This document shows positions 25,201-40,328 of a stretch of 64,000 bases of DNA, piece after piece (within the stretch, counting starts at the first letter, position 1; each line of letters starts with the position of its first letter). Source of the stretch: Amphiscolops sp. MND2022 (lineage: Eukaryota). The DNA lies in NCBI GenBank assembly GCA_964187785.1, contig OZ076409.1:72976001-73040000 (forward strand), read 5' to 3'. A program made the position numbers and the translations under genes. Under the pieces are notes generated by a model. That model was not told where the DNA came from. It did not search any database and was given only the letters and a program-made list of their open reading frames with translations.

Positions 25201-28200
25201 TCAAATTTTTTTTTCCGTTTTCCGCCCTCCCCCCCGAGGGGAAAGACCAACCAACCAGTAATTTGAGTGAATGCGTGTGGAAAGCCCTTGTTTAGAGGAG
25301 AAAAATGCCGTTTAGAACGTCTTTTTATCTTGGGTCAACGTTGACTTATGACGTTTTGAAGGTGATGTTTGGAGGTGTGAAGCACGTGAAAAGTAAACGT
25401 TATGAGTATTTATCTGATCTGAAAGCCATTGAGATGCAACCTGTTTTGCTCAAAACGTAATTCATTGCAGTTTGGCAATCAATCAACACCCTTTGTTGTC
25501 GTTTGACATACTTTTTTGTTGTTATAATAAAAAATTTTGTGTATTTTTTCATTTTTTTCTCATCAAATAACTTGAAACAGTTGAGTACATTCCATCCCCC
25601 CTTCCGGGGGAGATGAGAATGTACTCGCAAAAAGCACCGAACTACGGCCCTTACCTTCCCGAGCTACGCAGTATAAGGATTACATATTGGTTCCGACATT
25701 TTCATAGAGTTATATCTTGGTAATCTGTCTGGATTTGCCGAAAAATCAGCACGTGCCTTTTAATACCAAGTTGCTCACAACGACAATTCTTTTATATCAA
25801 CGCCCCCATATTTATCAACGCCCCCCGTCCGTGGGCATGCCGAGGCATGCCCTTCGACGACCCGCACCAAAATATGCGTTAGCGCGGTAGCGGCTAGGTG
25901 CCGGGATTTTCTATTCGTTCGAGGAAGTGGCGCGTGTGGGTAGGGCCCCTGGCGCGCTCCTGTGTTTTCGGTTTTCCTACTCCAAATTCACACCCCAGTT
26001 ATCTCCGATCTCGTAAACTAGCCATACGATTTGGCTGAAATTTGGCACACGTACCCCCCTCGGCACGGTGAAGATGATTCCCTACTGACGTTTTGCCCGC
26101 TAAACATTTTTTGTTGACCAAAATAACGGTTTTTGGTGGAAAATTTTTGATTTTTTTTTAAATTTCATCTTATATCTCGCCACGGGTTTACGCTAGCGCT
26201 TCAAAACCTTGCTGACGAAAGTTTGCAAACTGTCTCAGGAAAACGGTGTGAAATTTTCAGCTCAATCGGACTCAAACTCGGGGAGATATAGCGTTTTTCC
26301 GGAGCGGGGGGGTTTCATTTTTCTAACGGTCCAGCTTATCTTTGCCATTTTTTCGAAAATGCACTCGCCTAAAGGCCTCCCCTGGCCGGTTTTATTCCCA
26401 GCAAAACCATTTGGCCCTAAATACGGAGTTTCAGCGTTCCAGCATTCCCGGGCGAAAAGTTGTGGGACTTAGAAAAGTTCAAAAATTTTCAAAAAATTTT
26501 TTTCCGTTATTTAGGCCCCCAAAGTGGGGGAAAAGACCCCCCAACCAGTAAAGCAAGTGAATGCATGTGCAAAGCCCTTGTTTAGAGGAGAAAAATGCCG
26601 TTTAGAACGTCTTTTTATCTTGGCTCAACGTTGACTTATGACGTTTTGAAGGTGATGATTGGAGGTGTAAAGCACGTGAATAGTAAACGTTATGAGTATA
26701 CATCTGATCTGAAAGCCATTGAGATGCAATATGGTTTGCTCAAAACGTAATTCATGGCAGTTTGGCAATCAATCAACACCCTTTGTTGTCGTTTGACATA
26801 CTTTTTTGTTGTTATAATAAAAAATTTTGTGTATTTATTCATTTTTTTCACATCAAATAACTTGAAACAGTTGAGTACATTCCATCCCCCCCTTCCGGGG
26901 GAGATGAGAATGTACTCGCAAAAAGCACCGAACTACGGCCCTTACCTTCCCGAGCTACGCAGTATAAGGATTACATATTGGTTCCGACATTTTCATAGAG
27001 TTAAATCTTGGTAATCTGTCTGGATATGCCGAAAAATCAGCACGTGCCTTTTAATACCAAGTTGCTTACAACGACAATTATTTTATATCAACGCCCCCAT
27101 ATTTATCAACGCCCCCCGTCCGTGGGCATGCCGAGGCATGCCCTTCGACGACGTATACCAAAATATGTTCGAGCGCGTTAGCCTAGGTGCCGGTGTTTTT
27201 TTACACAAAGGGGGATGTTGCGCGTGTGGGGAGGGTCCCTGACGCGCTCCCGGGATTTCGGATTTTTTAACCTTTACGTACCCATCAAAAATTTTGGGAT
27301 CTCGAAAACTAGCCGTACGATTTGGCTGAAATTTGGCACACGTACCCCCCTCGGCACGGTGAAGATGATTCCCTACTGACGTTTTGCTCGCTAAACATTT
27401 TTTGTTGACCAAAATAACGGTTTTTGGGGTAAAAATTTCAACTTTTTTTAAATTTCATCTTATATCTCGCCACGGGTACACGCTAGCGCTTCCAAACCTT
27501 GCTGACGAAACCTTGCAAACTGTCTCAGGAATGCTGTGTGAAATTTTCAGCTCAATTGGACTCAAACTCGAGGAGATATAGCGTTTTTCCGGAGCGGGGG
27601 GGTTTCATTTTTCTAACGGTCCAGCTTATCTTTGCCATTTTTTCGAAAATGCACTCGCCTAAAGGCCTCCCCTGGCCGGTTTTATTCCCAGCAAAACCAT
27701 TTGGCCCTAAATACGGAGTTTCAGCGTTCCAGCATTCCCGGGCGAAAAGTTGTGGGACTTAGAAAAGTTCAAAAATTTTCAAAAATTTTTTTTTCCGTTT
27801 TCCGCCCTCACCCCCTAGGGGAAAAGACCCCCCAACCAGTAATTTGAGTGAATTCATGTGGAAAGGCCATGTTTAGAGGAGAAAAATGCCGTTTAGAACG
27901 TCTTTTTATCTTGGCTCAACGTTGACTTATGACGTTTTGAAGGTGATGTTTGGAGGTGTAAAGCACGTGAATAGTAAACGTTATGAGTATTTATCTGATC
28001 TGAAAGCCATTGAGATGCAATATGGTTTGCTCAAAACGTAATTCATTGCAGTTTGGCAATCAATCAACACCCTTTGTTGTCGTTTGACATACTTTTTTGT
28101 TGTTATAATAAAAAATTTTGTGTATTTATTCATTTTTTTCTCATCAAATAACTTGAAACAGTTGAGTACATTCCATCGCCCCCTTCCGGGGGAGATGAGA

Positions 28201-31200
28201 ATGTACTCGCAAAAAGCACCGAACTACGGCCCTTACCTCCCCGAGCTACGCAGTATAGGGATTACATATTGGTTCCGACATTTTTATAGAGTTAAATCTT
28301 GGTAATCTGTCTGGATATGCCGAAAAATCAGCACGTGCCTTTTAATACCAAGTTGCTCACAACGACAATTATTTTATATCAACGCCCCCATATTTATCAA
28401 CGCCCCCCGTCCGTGGGCATGCCGAGGCATGCCCTTCGACGACCCGCACCAAAATATGCGTTAGCGCGGTAGCTGCTAGGTGCCGGTGTTTTTTACACAA
28501 TGGGGGAAGTTGCGCGGTTGGGGAGGGTCCCTGACGCGCTTCCGTGAGATCAGGTTTTTCAACTAGTGAAATCGACAAAGAAAATTGGGATCTCGTAAAC
28601 TAGCCATACGATTTGGCTGAAATTTGGCACACGTGCCCCCCTCGGCACGGTGAAGATGATTCCCTACTGACGTTTTGCTCGCTAAACATTTTTTGTTGAC
28701 CAAAATAACGGTTTTTGGGGTAAAATTTCCAACTTTTTTTGAATTTCATCTTATATCTCGCCACGGGTACACGCTAGCGCTTTCAAACCTTGCTAACGAA
28801 AGTTTGCAAACTGTCTCAGGAATGCTGTGTGAAATTTTCAGCTCATTCGGACTCAAACTCGAGGAGATATAGCGTTTTTCCGGAGCGGGGGGGTTTCATT
28901 TTTCTAACGGTCCAGCTTATCTTTGCCATTTTTTCAAAAATGTACTCGTCTAAAGGCCTCCCCTGGCCGGTTTTACTCCCAGCAAAACCATTTGGCCCTA
29001 AATACGGAGTTTCAGCGTTCCAGCATTCCCGGGCGAAAAGTTGTGGGACTTAGAAAATTTCAAAAATTTTCAAAAATTTTTTTTCCGTTATTTGGGCCCC
29101 CAAAGTGGGGGAAAAGACCCCCCAACCAGTAAAGCAAGTGAATGCATGTGCAAAGCCCTTGTTTGGACGAGAAAAATGCCGTTTAGAACGTCTTTTTATC
29201 TTGGCTCAACGTTGACTTATGACGTTTTGAAGGTGATGTTTGGAGGTGTAAAGCACGTGAATAGTAAACGTTATGAGTATTTATCTGATCTGAAAGCCAT
29301 TGAGATGCAATATGGTTTGCTCAAAACGTAATTCATTGCAGTTTGGCAATCAATCAACACCCTTTGTTGTCGTTTGATATACTTTTTTTTTGTTATAATT
29401 AAAAGTTTTGTGTATTTATTCATTTTTTTCTCATCAAATAACTTGGAACAGTTGAGTACATTCCATCCCCCCTTCCGGGGGAGATGAGAATGTACTCGCA
29501 AAAAGCACCGAACTACGGCCCTTACCTTCCCGAGCTACGCAGTATAAGGATTACATATTGGTTCCGACATTTTCATAGAGTTATATCTTGGTAATCTGTC
29601 TGGATATGCCGAAAAATCAGCACGTGCCTTTTAATACCAAGTTGCTCACAACGACAATTATTTTATATCAACGCCCCCATATTTATCAACGCCCCCCGTC
29701 CGTGGGCATGCCGAGGCATGCCCTTCGACGACCCGCACCAAAATATGCGTTAGCGCGGTAGCCGCTAGGTGCCGGTGTCTTTTTACACAATGGGGGAAGT
29801 TGCGCGGTTGGGGAGGGTCCCTGACGCGCTTCCGTGAGATCAGGTTTTTCAACTAGTGAAATCGACAAAGAAAATTGAGATCTCGTAAACTAGCCATACG
29901 ATTTGGCTGAAATTTGGCACACGTACCCCCCTCGGCACGGTGAAGATGATTTCCTACTGACGTTTTTCCCGCTAAACATTTTTTGTTGACCAAAATAACG
30001 GTTTTTGGGGTAAAATTTTCAACTTTTTTTAAATTTCATCTTATATCTCGCCACGGGTTTACGCTAGCGCTTCGAAATCTTGCTGACGAAACCTTGCAAA
30101 CTGTCTCAGGAATGCGGTGTGAAATTTTCAGCTCAATCGGACTCAAACTCGGGGAGATATAGCGTTTTTCCGGAGCGGGGGGGTTTCATTTTTCTAACGG
30201 TCCAGCTTATCTTTGCCATTTTTTCGAAAATGCACTCGCCTAAAGGCCTCCCCTGGCCAGTTTTATTCCCAGCAAAACCATTTGGCCCTAAATACGGAGT
30301 TTCAGCGTTCCAGCATTCCCGGGCGAAAAGTTGTGGGACTTAGAAAATTTCAAAAATGTTCAAAAAATTTTTTTTTCGTTATTTGGGCCCCCAAAGTGGG
30401 GGAAAAGACCCCCCAACCAGTAAAGCAAGTGAATGCATGTGCAAAGCCCTTGTTTAGAGGAGAAAAATGCCGTTTAGAACGTCTTTTTATCTTGGCTCAA
30501 AGTTGACTTATGACGTTTTGAAGGTGATGTTTGGAGGTGTAAAGCACGTGAATAGTAAACGTTATGAGTATTTATCTGATCTGAAAGCCATTGAGATGCA
30601 ATATGGTTTGCTCAAAACGTAATTCATTGCAGTTTGGCAATCAATCAACACCCTTTGTTGTCGTTTGACATACTTTTTTGTTGTTATAATGAAAAATTTT
30701 GTGTATTTATTCATTTTTTTCTCTTCAAATAGCTTGAAACAGTTGAGTACATTCCATCCCCCCCTTCCGGGGGAGATGAGAATGTACTCGCAAAAAGCAC
30801 CGAACTACGGCCCTTACCTTCCCGAGCTACGCAGTATAAGGATTACATATTGGTTCGGACATTTTCATAGAGTTAAATCTTGGTAATCTGTCTGGATATG
30901 CAGAAAAATCAGCACGTGCCTTTCAATACCAAGTTGCTTACAACGACAATTATTTTATATCAACGCCCCCATATTTATCAACGCCCCCCGTCCGTGGGCA
31001 TGCCGAGGCATGCCCTTCGACGACGTATACCAAGATATACATAAGCGCGGTAGCCGCTAGGTGCCGGTGTATTTTTACACAAAGGGGGATGTTGCGCGTG
31101 TGGGGAGGGTCCCTGACGCGCTTCCGTGGTTTCGGGTCTTCTAACCTATGATAGCGTGACACCTGACTTCGATCTCGTAAACTAGCCGTACGATTTGGCT

Positions 31201-34026
31201 GAAATTTGGCACACGTACCCCCCTCGGCACGGTGAAGATGATTTCCTACTGACGTTTTTCCCGCTAAACATTTTTTGTTGACCAAAATAACGGTTTTTGG
31301 GGTAAAATTTCGAACTTTTTTTAAATTTCATCTCATATCTCGCCACGGGTTTACGCTAGCGCTTCAAAACCTTGCTGACGAAAGCTTGCAAACTGTCTCA
31401 GGAATGCTGTGTGAAATTTTCAGCTCAATCGGACTTAAACTCGGGGAGATATAGCGTTTTTCCGGAGCGGGGGGGTTTCATTTTTCTAACGGTCCAGCTT
31501 ATCTTTGCCATTTTTTCGAAAATGCACTCGCCTAAAGGCCTCCCCTGGCCGGTTTTATTCCCAGCAAAACCATTTGGCCCTAAATACGGAGTTTCAGCGT
31601 TCCAGCATTCCCGGGCGAAAAGTTGTGGGACTTAGAAAAGTTCAAAAATTTTCAAAAAAAAATTTTTCCGTTATTTGGGCCCTCAAAGTGGGGGAAAAGA
31701 CCCCCCAACCAGTAAAGCAAGTGAATGCATGTGGAAAGCCCTTGTTTAGACGAGAAAAATGCCGTTTAGAACGTCTTTTTATCTTAACTTGACATTGACT
31801 TTTGTCGTTTTGAAGGTGACCGTTAGATACGGAAAATTGATGTTTTGAGTATTTATCCCATCTGAAAGCCATTGAGATACAACATGTTTTGCTCAAAACG
31901 TGTTTCATTGCAGTTTCGCTGTCCATTATCACCCTTTGGTGTCTTTTCACGTAATTTTCGTTTCTATAATAACAATTTTTTTGTGTATTTATTCATTTTT
32001 TTCTCATCAAATAACTTGAAACAGTTGAGTACATTCCATCTCCCTTCCCGGGGGAGATGAGAATGTACTCGCTAAAGGTCAGGAACTACGGTCTATATCT
32101 TCCACAACACAAAAGGGATTGCAAATGGTTTCAGTTGGTCGCAGAAAACTTCTTTTTGCCCTCTGTGACTCGACAAAATGAACGTTTCTTACTTACTTTG
32201 AAACTCAGCATACCACAACTCATCTCTAACGTCAGCGCCCCCCTACTTGCATCAACGCCCACCGTCCGTGGGCATGCCGAGGCATGCCCTTCGACGACGT
32301 ATACCAAGATATACCTGGAGCGCGGTAGCCGCTAGGTGCCCGGATTTCTATTCATTAAAGTATGTTGCGCGTGTGGGTAGGGCCCCGTGGCGCGCTCTTG
32401 TGTCCCTGTTCTCATAACTGCAATTTCCGGCAGCATTCTGAGCGATTTTCTAAACTATCCATACGATTCGGCTAAAATTTGGCATGTGAGTTCCTATGAC
32501 AGTTCTAAGAAACATTTCCTACTGGCGTTTTGCCCGGAAAATTTTTTTTGTTGACTTATAACGGTTTTTTTGGCCAAAAAATGCGATTTTTTCAAAAAAT
32601 TTTTTTTTCGGAGCCCATATCTTTTTTCAGGGTGACCGGAGCGGGACGCGTTAAACTGATTATAAACTCTACGGTTCATGGGCTTTACGGAGAACCTAGG
32701 CTCGTTTCGATCGGACAAATAGTCTTGGAGATATAACGGCATTTTTTGGGAATTTTTTGGAAATTTTTCTAACGGTCCAGCTTATCTTTGCCATTTTTTC
32801 GAAAATGTACTCGCCTAAAGGCCTCCCCTGGCCGGTTTTAATCCCAGCAAAACCATTTGGCCCTAAATACGGAGTTTCAGCGTTCCAGCATTCCCGGGCG
32901 AAAAGTTGTGGGACTTAGAAAAATTTCAAAATTTTTCAAAAAAAATTTTTCCGTTTTCCGCACTCCCCCCCGAGGGGAAAAGACCCCCCAACCAGTAATT
33001 TGAGTGAATTCATGTGGAAAGGCCATGTTTAGAGAAGAAAAATGCCGTTTAGATCGTCTTTTTATTTTAACCTGTCGTTGACTTATGTTGTTTTGAAGGT
33101 GATGTTTGGATGTGTGAAGCATGTGAAAAGGTAATTTATTGTGTCTTTAGCTCTTCTAAAAGTCATTGAGATACACGGTGTGTGACTCAGAACGTGTTTA
33201 ATTCTAATTTAGCAATGCATCAACACTTTTTTGTGTCTTTTGACTCTGTTTTAAAAAATTTTTCCGACTAAAATCAAAAATTATTTATAATTATTCACAT
33301 TTTTTTTCTGATCTCATGACTCCAAACAGTTGAGTACATTCCATCTCCCTTCACGGGGGAGATGAGAATGTACTCTTTAGAGACCAGGTACTACAGTACT
33401 TACCTTCCCCGAGCAACGCCCCATAAAAATTGCGTTTTGATCCAGATATTTTGACATAATTTTATCTTTGTAATTTGACTGGAAATGAAGAAAATGCCGC
33501 ACGTGCTCTTTTATATCAAGTATCTTAACAACGCCATCTCTTTTACGTCAACGCCCCATAGTTCACATCAACGCCCACCGTCCGTGGGCATGCCGAGGCA
33601 TGCCCTTCGACGACGTATACCAAGATATACTTCGAGCGCGTTAGCCTAGGTGGCGGGGGGCTGTCCCCAATAGAATATAGTGAGGTAGGGTAGGGTTCCC
33701 TACCGAACATTCAGTACTGAAAGACTCTTGTAGTATGAAAATTTTTCGATGTTTTGAGACCGATTTCGGATTCCACCCGTCAGAAGTTTATGATTTTTTG
33801 GCCCCCACCCAGATTTTGGGCACTGATCGCCCCCCACCAGGTTCCATACCCGTGGTTTCGTTGTGACGGGTACACGAGCGACCGTTAGGGGTCAATCAGG
33901 GGGTAAAATTTATGAAAGTGTGAATAACTTTTCCCCCCGTCGTTTTAGCAGGTCCGGTCACTAGTAAAGGTTTGTTGGGCATCATGCAGTGGGTACGGGG
34001 GGCCAAACAAAAATTTTCTATCATGC

Positions 34027-35220
34027 ACCGTTACGGACTTGGCCCCCCGCCCAAACCGCTATTTTACCGGAAATTGCACTTTTTGAACGGGAAGGAGTCG
34101 TCTGAGCGCGGAGTCGTTTGGTAATGTTTTGTAGAGCATCTGAAGACGTGGTGGGGGACATGTAGTTTGCCGACCCCAGTTTACCCCTCGGACGGGAAAT
34201 GACCGTTATGTTAGTTTTAAAATTGCCCCCCGTCAACTTTAACCGCTATTTCTGGTGTGAAGGAGTCGGAACAGCGTGTCGGGTGCTATATATCAAAAGT
34301 AGCTTTAAACAAGGACCTATCAGAAACATGTGGTTTGGGACCCTTTGAACGGACCCGTTAGCCGGAAATAGGGTGACCGCCGCCTTTTTTTGGTGTTAAA
34401 ACCGTAAAACGGGCATTAAAGTGAAATTATCTCGTGAACGCGTGGAGCAATCGTGTCCATCACTCCTACAAGGTTTCATACCCATGACATGGTGTCTTCA
34501 GGGGGGCAAACAGATCAGCGCTATCTATCACCGTTACGGACTTTGCCCCCCAGCCTAACCGCTATATTACCGGAAACTGCCCTTTTTGACCGGCAAGGAG
34601 TCGTCTGAGAGTGGAGTCGTTAAGTAATGTTTTGTAGAGCATCTAGAGACGTGTTGGGGGACATGTAGTTTGCCGACCCCTGTTTACCCCTCGGACGGGA
34701 AATGACCGTTATGTTAGTTTTAAAATTGCCCCCCGTCAACTTTAACCGCTATTTCTGGTGTGAAGGAGTCGGAATAGCGTGTCGGGTGCTACATATCAAA
34801 AGTAGCTTTAAACAAGGACCTATCAGAAACATGTGGTTTGGGACCCTTGGAACGGACCCGTTAGCCGGAAATAGGGTGACCGCCCCCTTTTTCTGCGGTT
34901 AAAATTGTAAAACGGGCATTGAAGTGGAATTATCTTGGAAACGCGTGGAGCTATAGTGTCCTTCACTACTACAAGGTTTCATACTCAAGATACGGTGCCT
35001 TCAGGGGGGAAAACAGATTACCGCTATATATCACCGTTACGGACTTGGCCCCCCAGCCTAACCGCTATGTTACCGGAAATGTCATTTTTTGAGCCAAAAG
35101 GGTTAGTCCCAGCGTGGGAACGTCAGGTAACTTTATGTAGAACTCAATGAGACGAGTTGGGGGATATGGTTTCAGTCACCCCCCGTTGACCCGTTAGACC
35201 GGAAACGACCGTTATGTAGT
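34027..35220 (+). repeat. Internal 503-bp tandem subrepeat (2 full copies plus a partial third) inside the longest unit
   Basis: ACCGTTACGGACTT(G/T)GCCCCCC starts at 34027, 34530 and 35033, and the sequence between these starts aligns by eye. Single homologous copies lie at ~36845-37321 and ~42425-42900. Confidence 0.9.
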
Positions 35221-35865
35221 GAAAAGTGTAATTTTTATACTTTTTGAAGGCCATTTAGGGCAGGAAGTATCGGTAATATGTCTTTGGACAGTATACAATG
35301 AAAGTTTTGGTGTGAAACAAGCAATCTGAAATATCCGTTATTATGATTCGGAAGTCACACTAACAGCGAAAATGACCGTTATGTAGTGAAAATTTTTTTC
35401 ACATTTTTTTTGCTTTCGATAGGTCCTTCAAGCCAAGAAGTAGCTGTATTAGGTCTTTGGCCACTTTATGATGATTGTGGTGTTGTGAGATGACCGTACG
35501 AACTTGACCTTTATAATGCCCCTGAAGTTGCTGCGGCACGAGAAATTTCAGAAAGTTTGTCTTTTCTGTGTTTTGTTGGAATAAACATTTAATTTCATTA
35601 AACCAATGTGCATTCAGGGTGTTTAGAAAGCTTCAAGAAAAGAATTTAATAGGAAACATGGCGGTGAGAAATAACAAATTGCCACGTAAATCCAACCCCC
35701 GTTGGGGAATAAATGTAATAAATTGTTTTGGAAGTGCCAATCGACGTGTATTTGCGGATCATAGCCACGGTATTGTCTATTCGTGTTTCTTTTTGAAGAC
35801 TTTGAACATTTTCACTTTATCAGCTTGAGGTTTTAACTCTATATGCATAATGACCGTTACAATAT

Positions 35866-35908
35866 GATAGCCCTCAAGTTGACCTTGTGTCAACTTGAAA
35901 GGGCTATC
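35866..35908. other. Type-2 hairpin
   Basis: GATAGCCCT-CAAGTTGAC-CTTGT-GTCAACTTG-AA-AGGGCTATC. This unit has no type-1 hairpin. Confidence 0.88.
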
Positions 35909-37960
35909 CTTTCACAACTGCGCAGCAACAGTGTGATTGAGTGATTTAGTTATTATCCAAGGCCAATTTGAACTTCAACAAGATTTTAACCACAATATTT
36001 AAAACTATTCATATGATTCTTTCAAAAGGGTAAATATTTAACTAATATTTGACAAAAAAACTCCAACCTTTAATTTGTGGACCGAATAGTAGGAAAACCA
36101 TGTTTCTTAACGTTGTTGGATGAAATTCAAAATGATGCTTTTAAAAGAATAACAATTCTTGACACTATATATTTTTTCTATTTTCCAATAAACTATTTTT
36201 CCAAAAGTCTATTTTTCCAATAAACATTGTTGATTGATGCCCATTCATAGTGACTGGAAAGTTTTACCAACTGTGGTGTTTTTTTTAATCAGAGGTGAAA
36301 CCGCTCCTTACCGTCGCATAATGTAATTCAAGCCGACGCCCACATGCCAACATCAACGCCCACCGTCCGTAGGCATGCCGAGGCATGCCTTTCGACGACG
36401 TATGCCAAATCACGCCCCTGCGAGGTCACTAAAGCGGTAGCGGCTAGGTGCGGGGGGGTAACCCCAACAAAGATATTGGAGGATTCGGGTAGGGTCCTGA
36501 ATCCGATCTTAGTACCGCCAGCTATCAGTAGAAAATTTCCCTCAAAAACCGGGATCTCGGGAACTAACCGTAGGATTTGAAAGTTGGAGCGGCCCCCACC
36601 AGATTTTCCCGAATAGATCGCCCCCCACCGGGCTCCATACCCCGGAAAATTTTTTTTTGGCCACACGGGCGACAGTTAGGGGGTCATTTTAGGGGTAAAA
36701 TTCATATTGGTCCATATAACTTTTTTCCTGTTGGTTTAAAAGTTTGGGAACCCTTCTAAAGGTTTTTCGACCATGTTGCAAGGGCTCCGGAGGTGCAAAC
36801 CAAATTTTTCTATCTTGAAGCTATCTCCAAGTACCCCCCCGCTCAAACCGTTATTTTTCCGGAAACGCAGGTTTTTGACCCGGAAGGAGTCGTCTGAGCG
36901 CGGGGTCGTTAGGTGATGTTTTGGGGACGGCCTTGAGACAAAGTGGGGGACAAGTAGTTTGCCAACCTCAATTTACCCCCCGGACGGGAAATGACCGTTA
37001 TATGAGCGTGAAAAATGCCCCCCTCCACGTTTTACCGCTATTTCCGGTGTGAAGGTGTGGGAGTAGCGCGTCGGGTGCCATATATCAAAAGTAGGTTTAG
37101 ACAAGGATCTATCAAAAACATGTGGTTTGGGACCCCCTGACCCAACCCGTTAGCGGGAAATGGGGCTTCCGCCTCCTTTTTTTTCGGTTAAAAACGGAAA
37201 ATGGGCATTGAGGGGTAAATATCTCGTGAACGCGTGGAGCTACGGTGTCCTTCACTACTACAAGGTTTCATACCCATGATATGGTGCCTTCAGGGGGGCA
37301 AACAGATTTCCGCTATCTATCACCGTTACGGACTTGGCCCCCCAGCCTAACCGCTAAGTGACCGGAAATGTCACTTTTTGAGCCCAAAGGGTCGGTCCCA
37401 GCCAGGGAACGTTAGATAACTTTTTGTAGTACTCATTGAGACGAGTTGGGGGACATAGTTTCAGTCACCCCCCGTTACCCCTTGTGACCGGAAATGACCG
37501 TTATGTGGGTAAAATTGGGATTTTTGTACTTTTTGAAGGGCAATTAGGTGCGGAAGGAGTGGTAATAGGTGCTTGGACACTATATGATGGAATGGAGGAC
37601 GTGAGGCGAACATTCAGACATAACCGTTATGTTGACCCTAAAGTCCCCCTGGTACCGTAAACGACCGGAAATGGTCAAATTTTGTGTCTATTGGGTACAA
37701 ATGTTTGGTATTTTGTAAATAAAAGTATCTATTAGGTGTTTCGACGGTCTGCAGTAGTGAACATAGTCATGAAACCTTGTCGGGGGGTAACGGTATATAG
37801 CACCGGAAGTCCAAAACGTTAGAGACGGGATAGGTTTTTTCGTTTTAAAATGTCTTTCGGCGTACTTTTGTCAACTAATATGGAATATTTTTTAAAATTA
37901 AAGTTTTTCCATATAGTTTCAGAGACTCCCAAACCTCAAACAACATAACCGTTACCTTAT

Positions 37961-38004
37961 GATAGCCTTTCAAGTTGGCCTGGTGTCAACTTGGAATGGC
38001 TATC
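37961..38004. other. Type-2 hairpin
   Basis: GATAGCCTTTCAAGTTGGC-CTGGT-GTCAACTTGGAATGGCTATC. Confidence 0.85.
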
Positions 38005-40097
38005 CTTCAAAAATCGTTGATCAAGTGTGTTTTTGGGTATGTTTGAATCATTTTAGAATCAATTAGAGCTTCAAGAAATGTTTGCCAACGACAAAAACTA
38101 TGTCGTGATGATTCCGTTATTAGAGTAATAGTTAACAAAATATTGATTAATTTGATTTTTTACATTTCAAAAGTGTCCTAAAAGCCAGAAAACCTCTTTA
38201 CCAAACAAATGGTATTGATTGGATTGTATATAACAGGTAATAAAAGTTCAAATTGATTATTACGTTTTATTATGTAAGCTGAAACGTCATATTATAGTTT
38301 AATTAACGTCAACGCCACATACTTTACACCAACGCCCACCGTCTGTGGGCATGCCGAGGCATGCCCTTCGACGACGTATACCAAATACATTTCATATCTA
38401 CACCCACCCGCGGTAGCAGCTAGGTGGAGGTTATTTTATAATAATTAAAGTGTTTTTTTCCGGAGTTTGTGGCTTTGGAAAAAACAAAAGGCGAGAAATT
38501 GGGCACTCCGGGCTGAACCGTATACACTCAAAATTCGCCCAATATTTATACGATCTCGAAACCCAGCCGTACGATTTGGCTGAAAATTTGCATGCGGCTA
38601 AAAAATCAGATTCTAAGAACTATTTCCTGCTGACATTTTTTTGAAATTTTTGTGTACGTTTCCCCCCCGCCCCCTAAAGGGGTCAATTTTCCCCAATTTT
38701 GCACTTATGAGTCAAATTCTCAAAACTGGTGGATCTGAGCGTATTCGCAGCGGAGACAACTTTTAACGAGCGCTCTTCAGTAGACCTTTTTGACTTTTTA
38801 CTTTGGTGGTAGGTTCACCCCCCAAGGAGGAAATGGCTTTTTTGTGACTTCCGGTCGAGACTTTTTTCACCCAAAAAATAGAAATAAGCCAGTTTTGAGC
38901 AGGAAGGAGTGGATTTGAAGTGTCTGTACCCTTCTAAAAATTTGTTGGGCTTGTAGCGATATATCTCATACCAAGTCTGGTTTTCACCCCCAAACCCCCC
39001 TTGGGACCAAAATTCACCCAAACTTTTTTACCTCTGTTTGTAGTTTTTTTTGCAAATTGTCGTCATTTCCATGGGTAAAGAGTTGAATTAGGGGCTCCTA
39101 ATAGGGTACCAATGTTCAAGTACACTTGCAGTGCAACTGAGTGACCCTTGTTGGGCCTCTCGTGTGCTCGGCAAGGACCGGAAGTGGTGTAAACCCCCCT
39201 TTTTTGACGTTTGTTGACCTTGAGTCTCGCGCTTAGATGACGTTTATGTCGCGCAAGTCCTACAAACCAGTATTCGGATGACACGCTAGCCAACTAGAGA
39301 GCAATACGGGAAACCATAACATACCGGAAGTAACCCTCCGTGACCGGAAGTTGTCATTTTTGGCCGGAAATGGTCCAAAACCTAGCGTAAAAGCAGTTTT
39401 TCTTTGCTTTTAAAGTCAACTTATTACAATTTTCAATCTGCGCGAGCTTGTCCTAAGGTTCGTTCTGTTGCCAGTGCACACTTTAACAAATATACATCTG
39501 TAAAATTTTCGCTATAATATCGTCGGAGAGAGAAATAACGGGTTTATGGGACTTTTTTCAAAAACGATAGTCTGTATCTGTCTTTTTTACCCAACGTTTT
39601 TCAACAGTAGAACCACAGGGGTTAGTCTCTGCCCAAATATATGCCTAACAAAACCAGTTCACCCATTGGTTGCAATTTGAGCGTTCTAGCTTTGCCAGGT
39701 CACAAGTTATGAGACTTGAAAAGTTTCCAAAATTTTTTCCGAAAATTTGTTTCTAAACTTCATGTCTCCCAAAGTTAAGAATCTTCCGCACAACTAGGAT
39801 TGCAAGTGAATGCATGTGGTAGAACCTTTAAATGGAGAGAAAATATCCGTATAGAACGTCTCTTTATCGTATTTTGACGTCGAGAGATGTTGCTTTGAAT
39901 GCCAGCTTGATAAGACGTCGAGTAGTAACAGTGTGTAAATGGAACATATGTCTCAACAAATACTCATCGGAATACATGCGATGAAACCCAATTACCCTCA
40001 ATTTCAGTTGCCTAGTACAACAACGTCTTCCAAGGAACTTTTAATCTTTTTGAGAAGTGTTGAAGTCATCATTAAATTCAGTTAGCAAGAAACAATT

Positions 40098-40142
40098 GAG
40101 TACATTCTCATCTCTCCCCATCGGGTGAGATGAGAATGTTCT
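40098..40142. other. Divergent type-1 hairpin in long unit 38420-40610
   Basis: GAGTACATTCTCATCTCTCCCATCGGGTGAGATGAGAATGTTCT. Confidence 0.8.
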
Positions 40143-40328
40143 TGCTAAAAGCCAGGTACTACTGCCCAATTTTGTTTTATTGCGACGCATTCGGTGCTTT
40201 AGCACATAGATACTTTTATTCCGTCTCACGTTTTGTTTACACTCTGATTTGTTGTTATAAATTTCTCGTCATTACTTTACATAAACTAACTACAATCGTG
40301 AACTTCAACGTCATAGCCAAATTCATTT

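Larger units (their letters stand above)
1..33645 (+). repeat. Left block of standard-length units (26 core-to-core intervals of 1264-1316 bp)
   Basis: Regular core spacing. Shared boxes occur in the same order: CTAGGTG, GGG(T/G)AGGG(C/T)CCC, ATCTC..CGATTTGGCTGAAATTT, central block, A/T tract, GTGAAT(G/T)CATGT, TTGACTT, CATTGAGAT, bulged hairpin, core. Confidence 0.95.
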
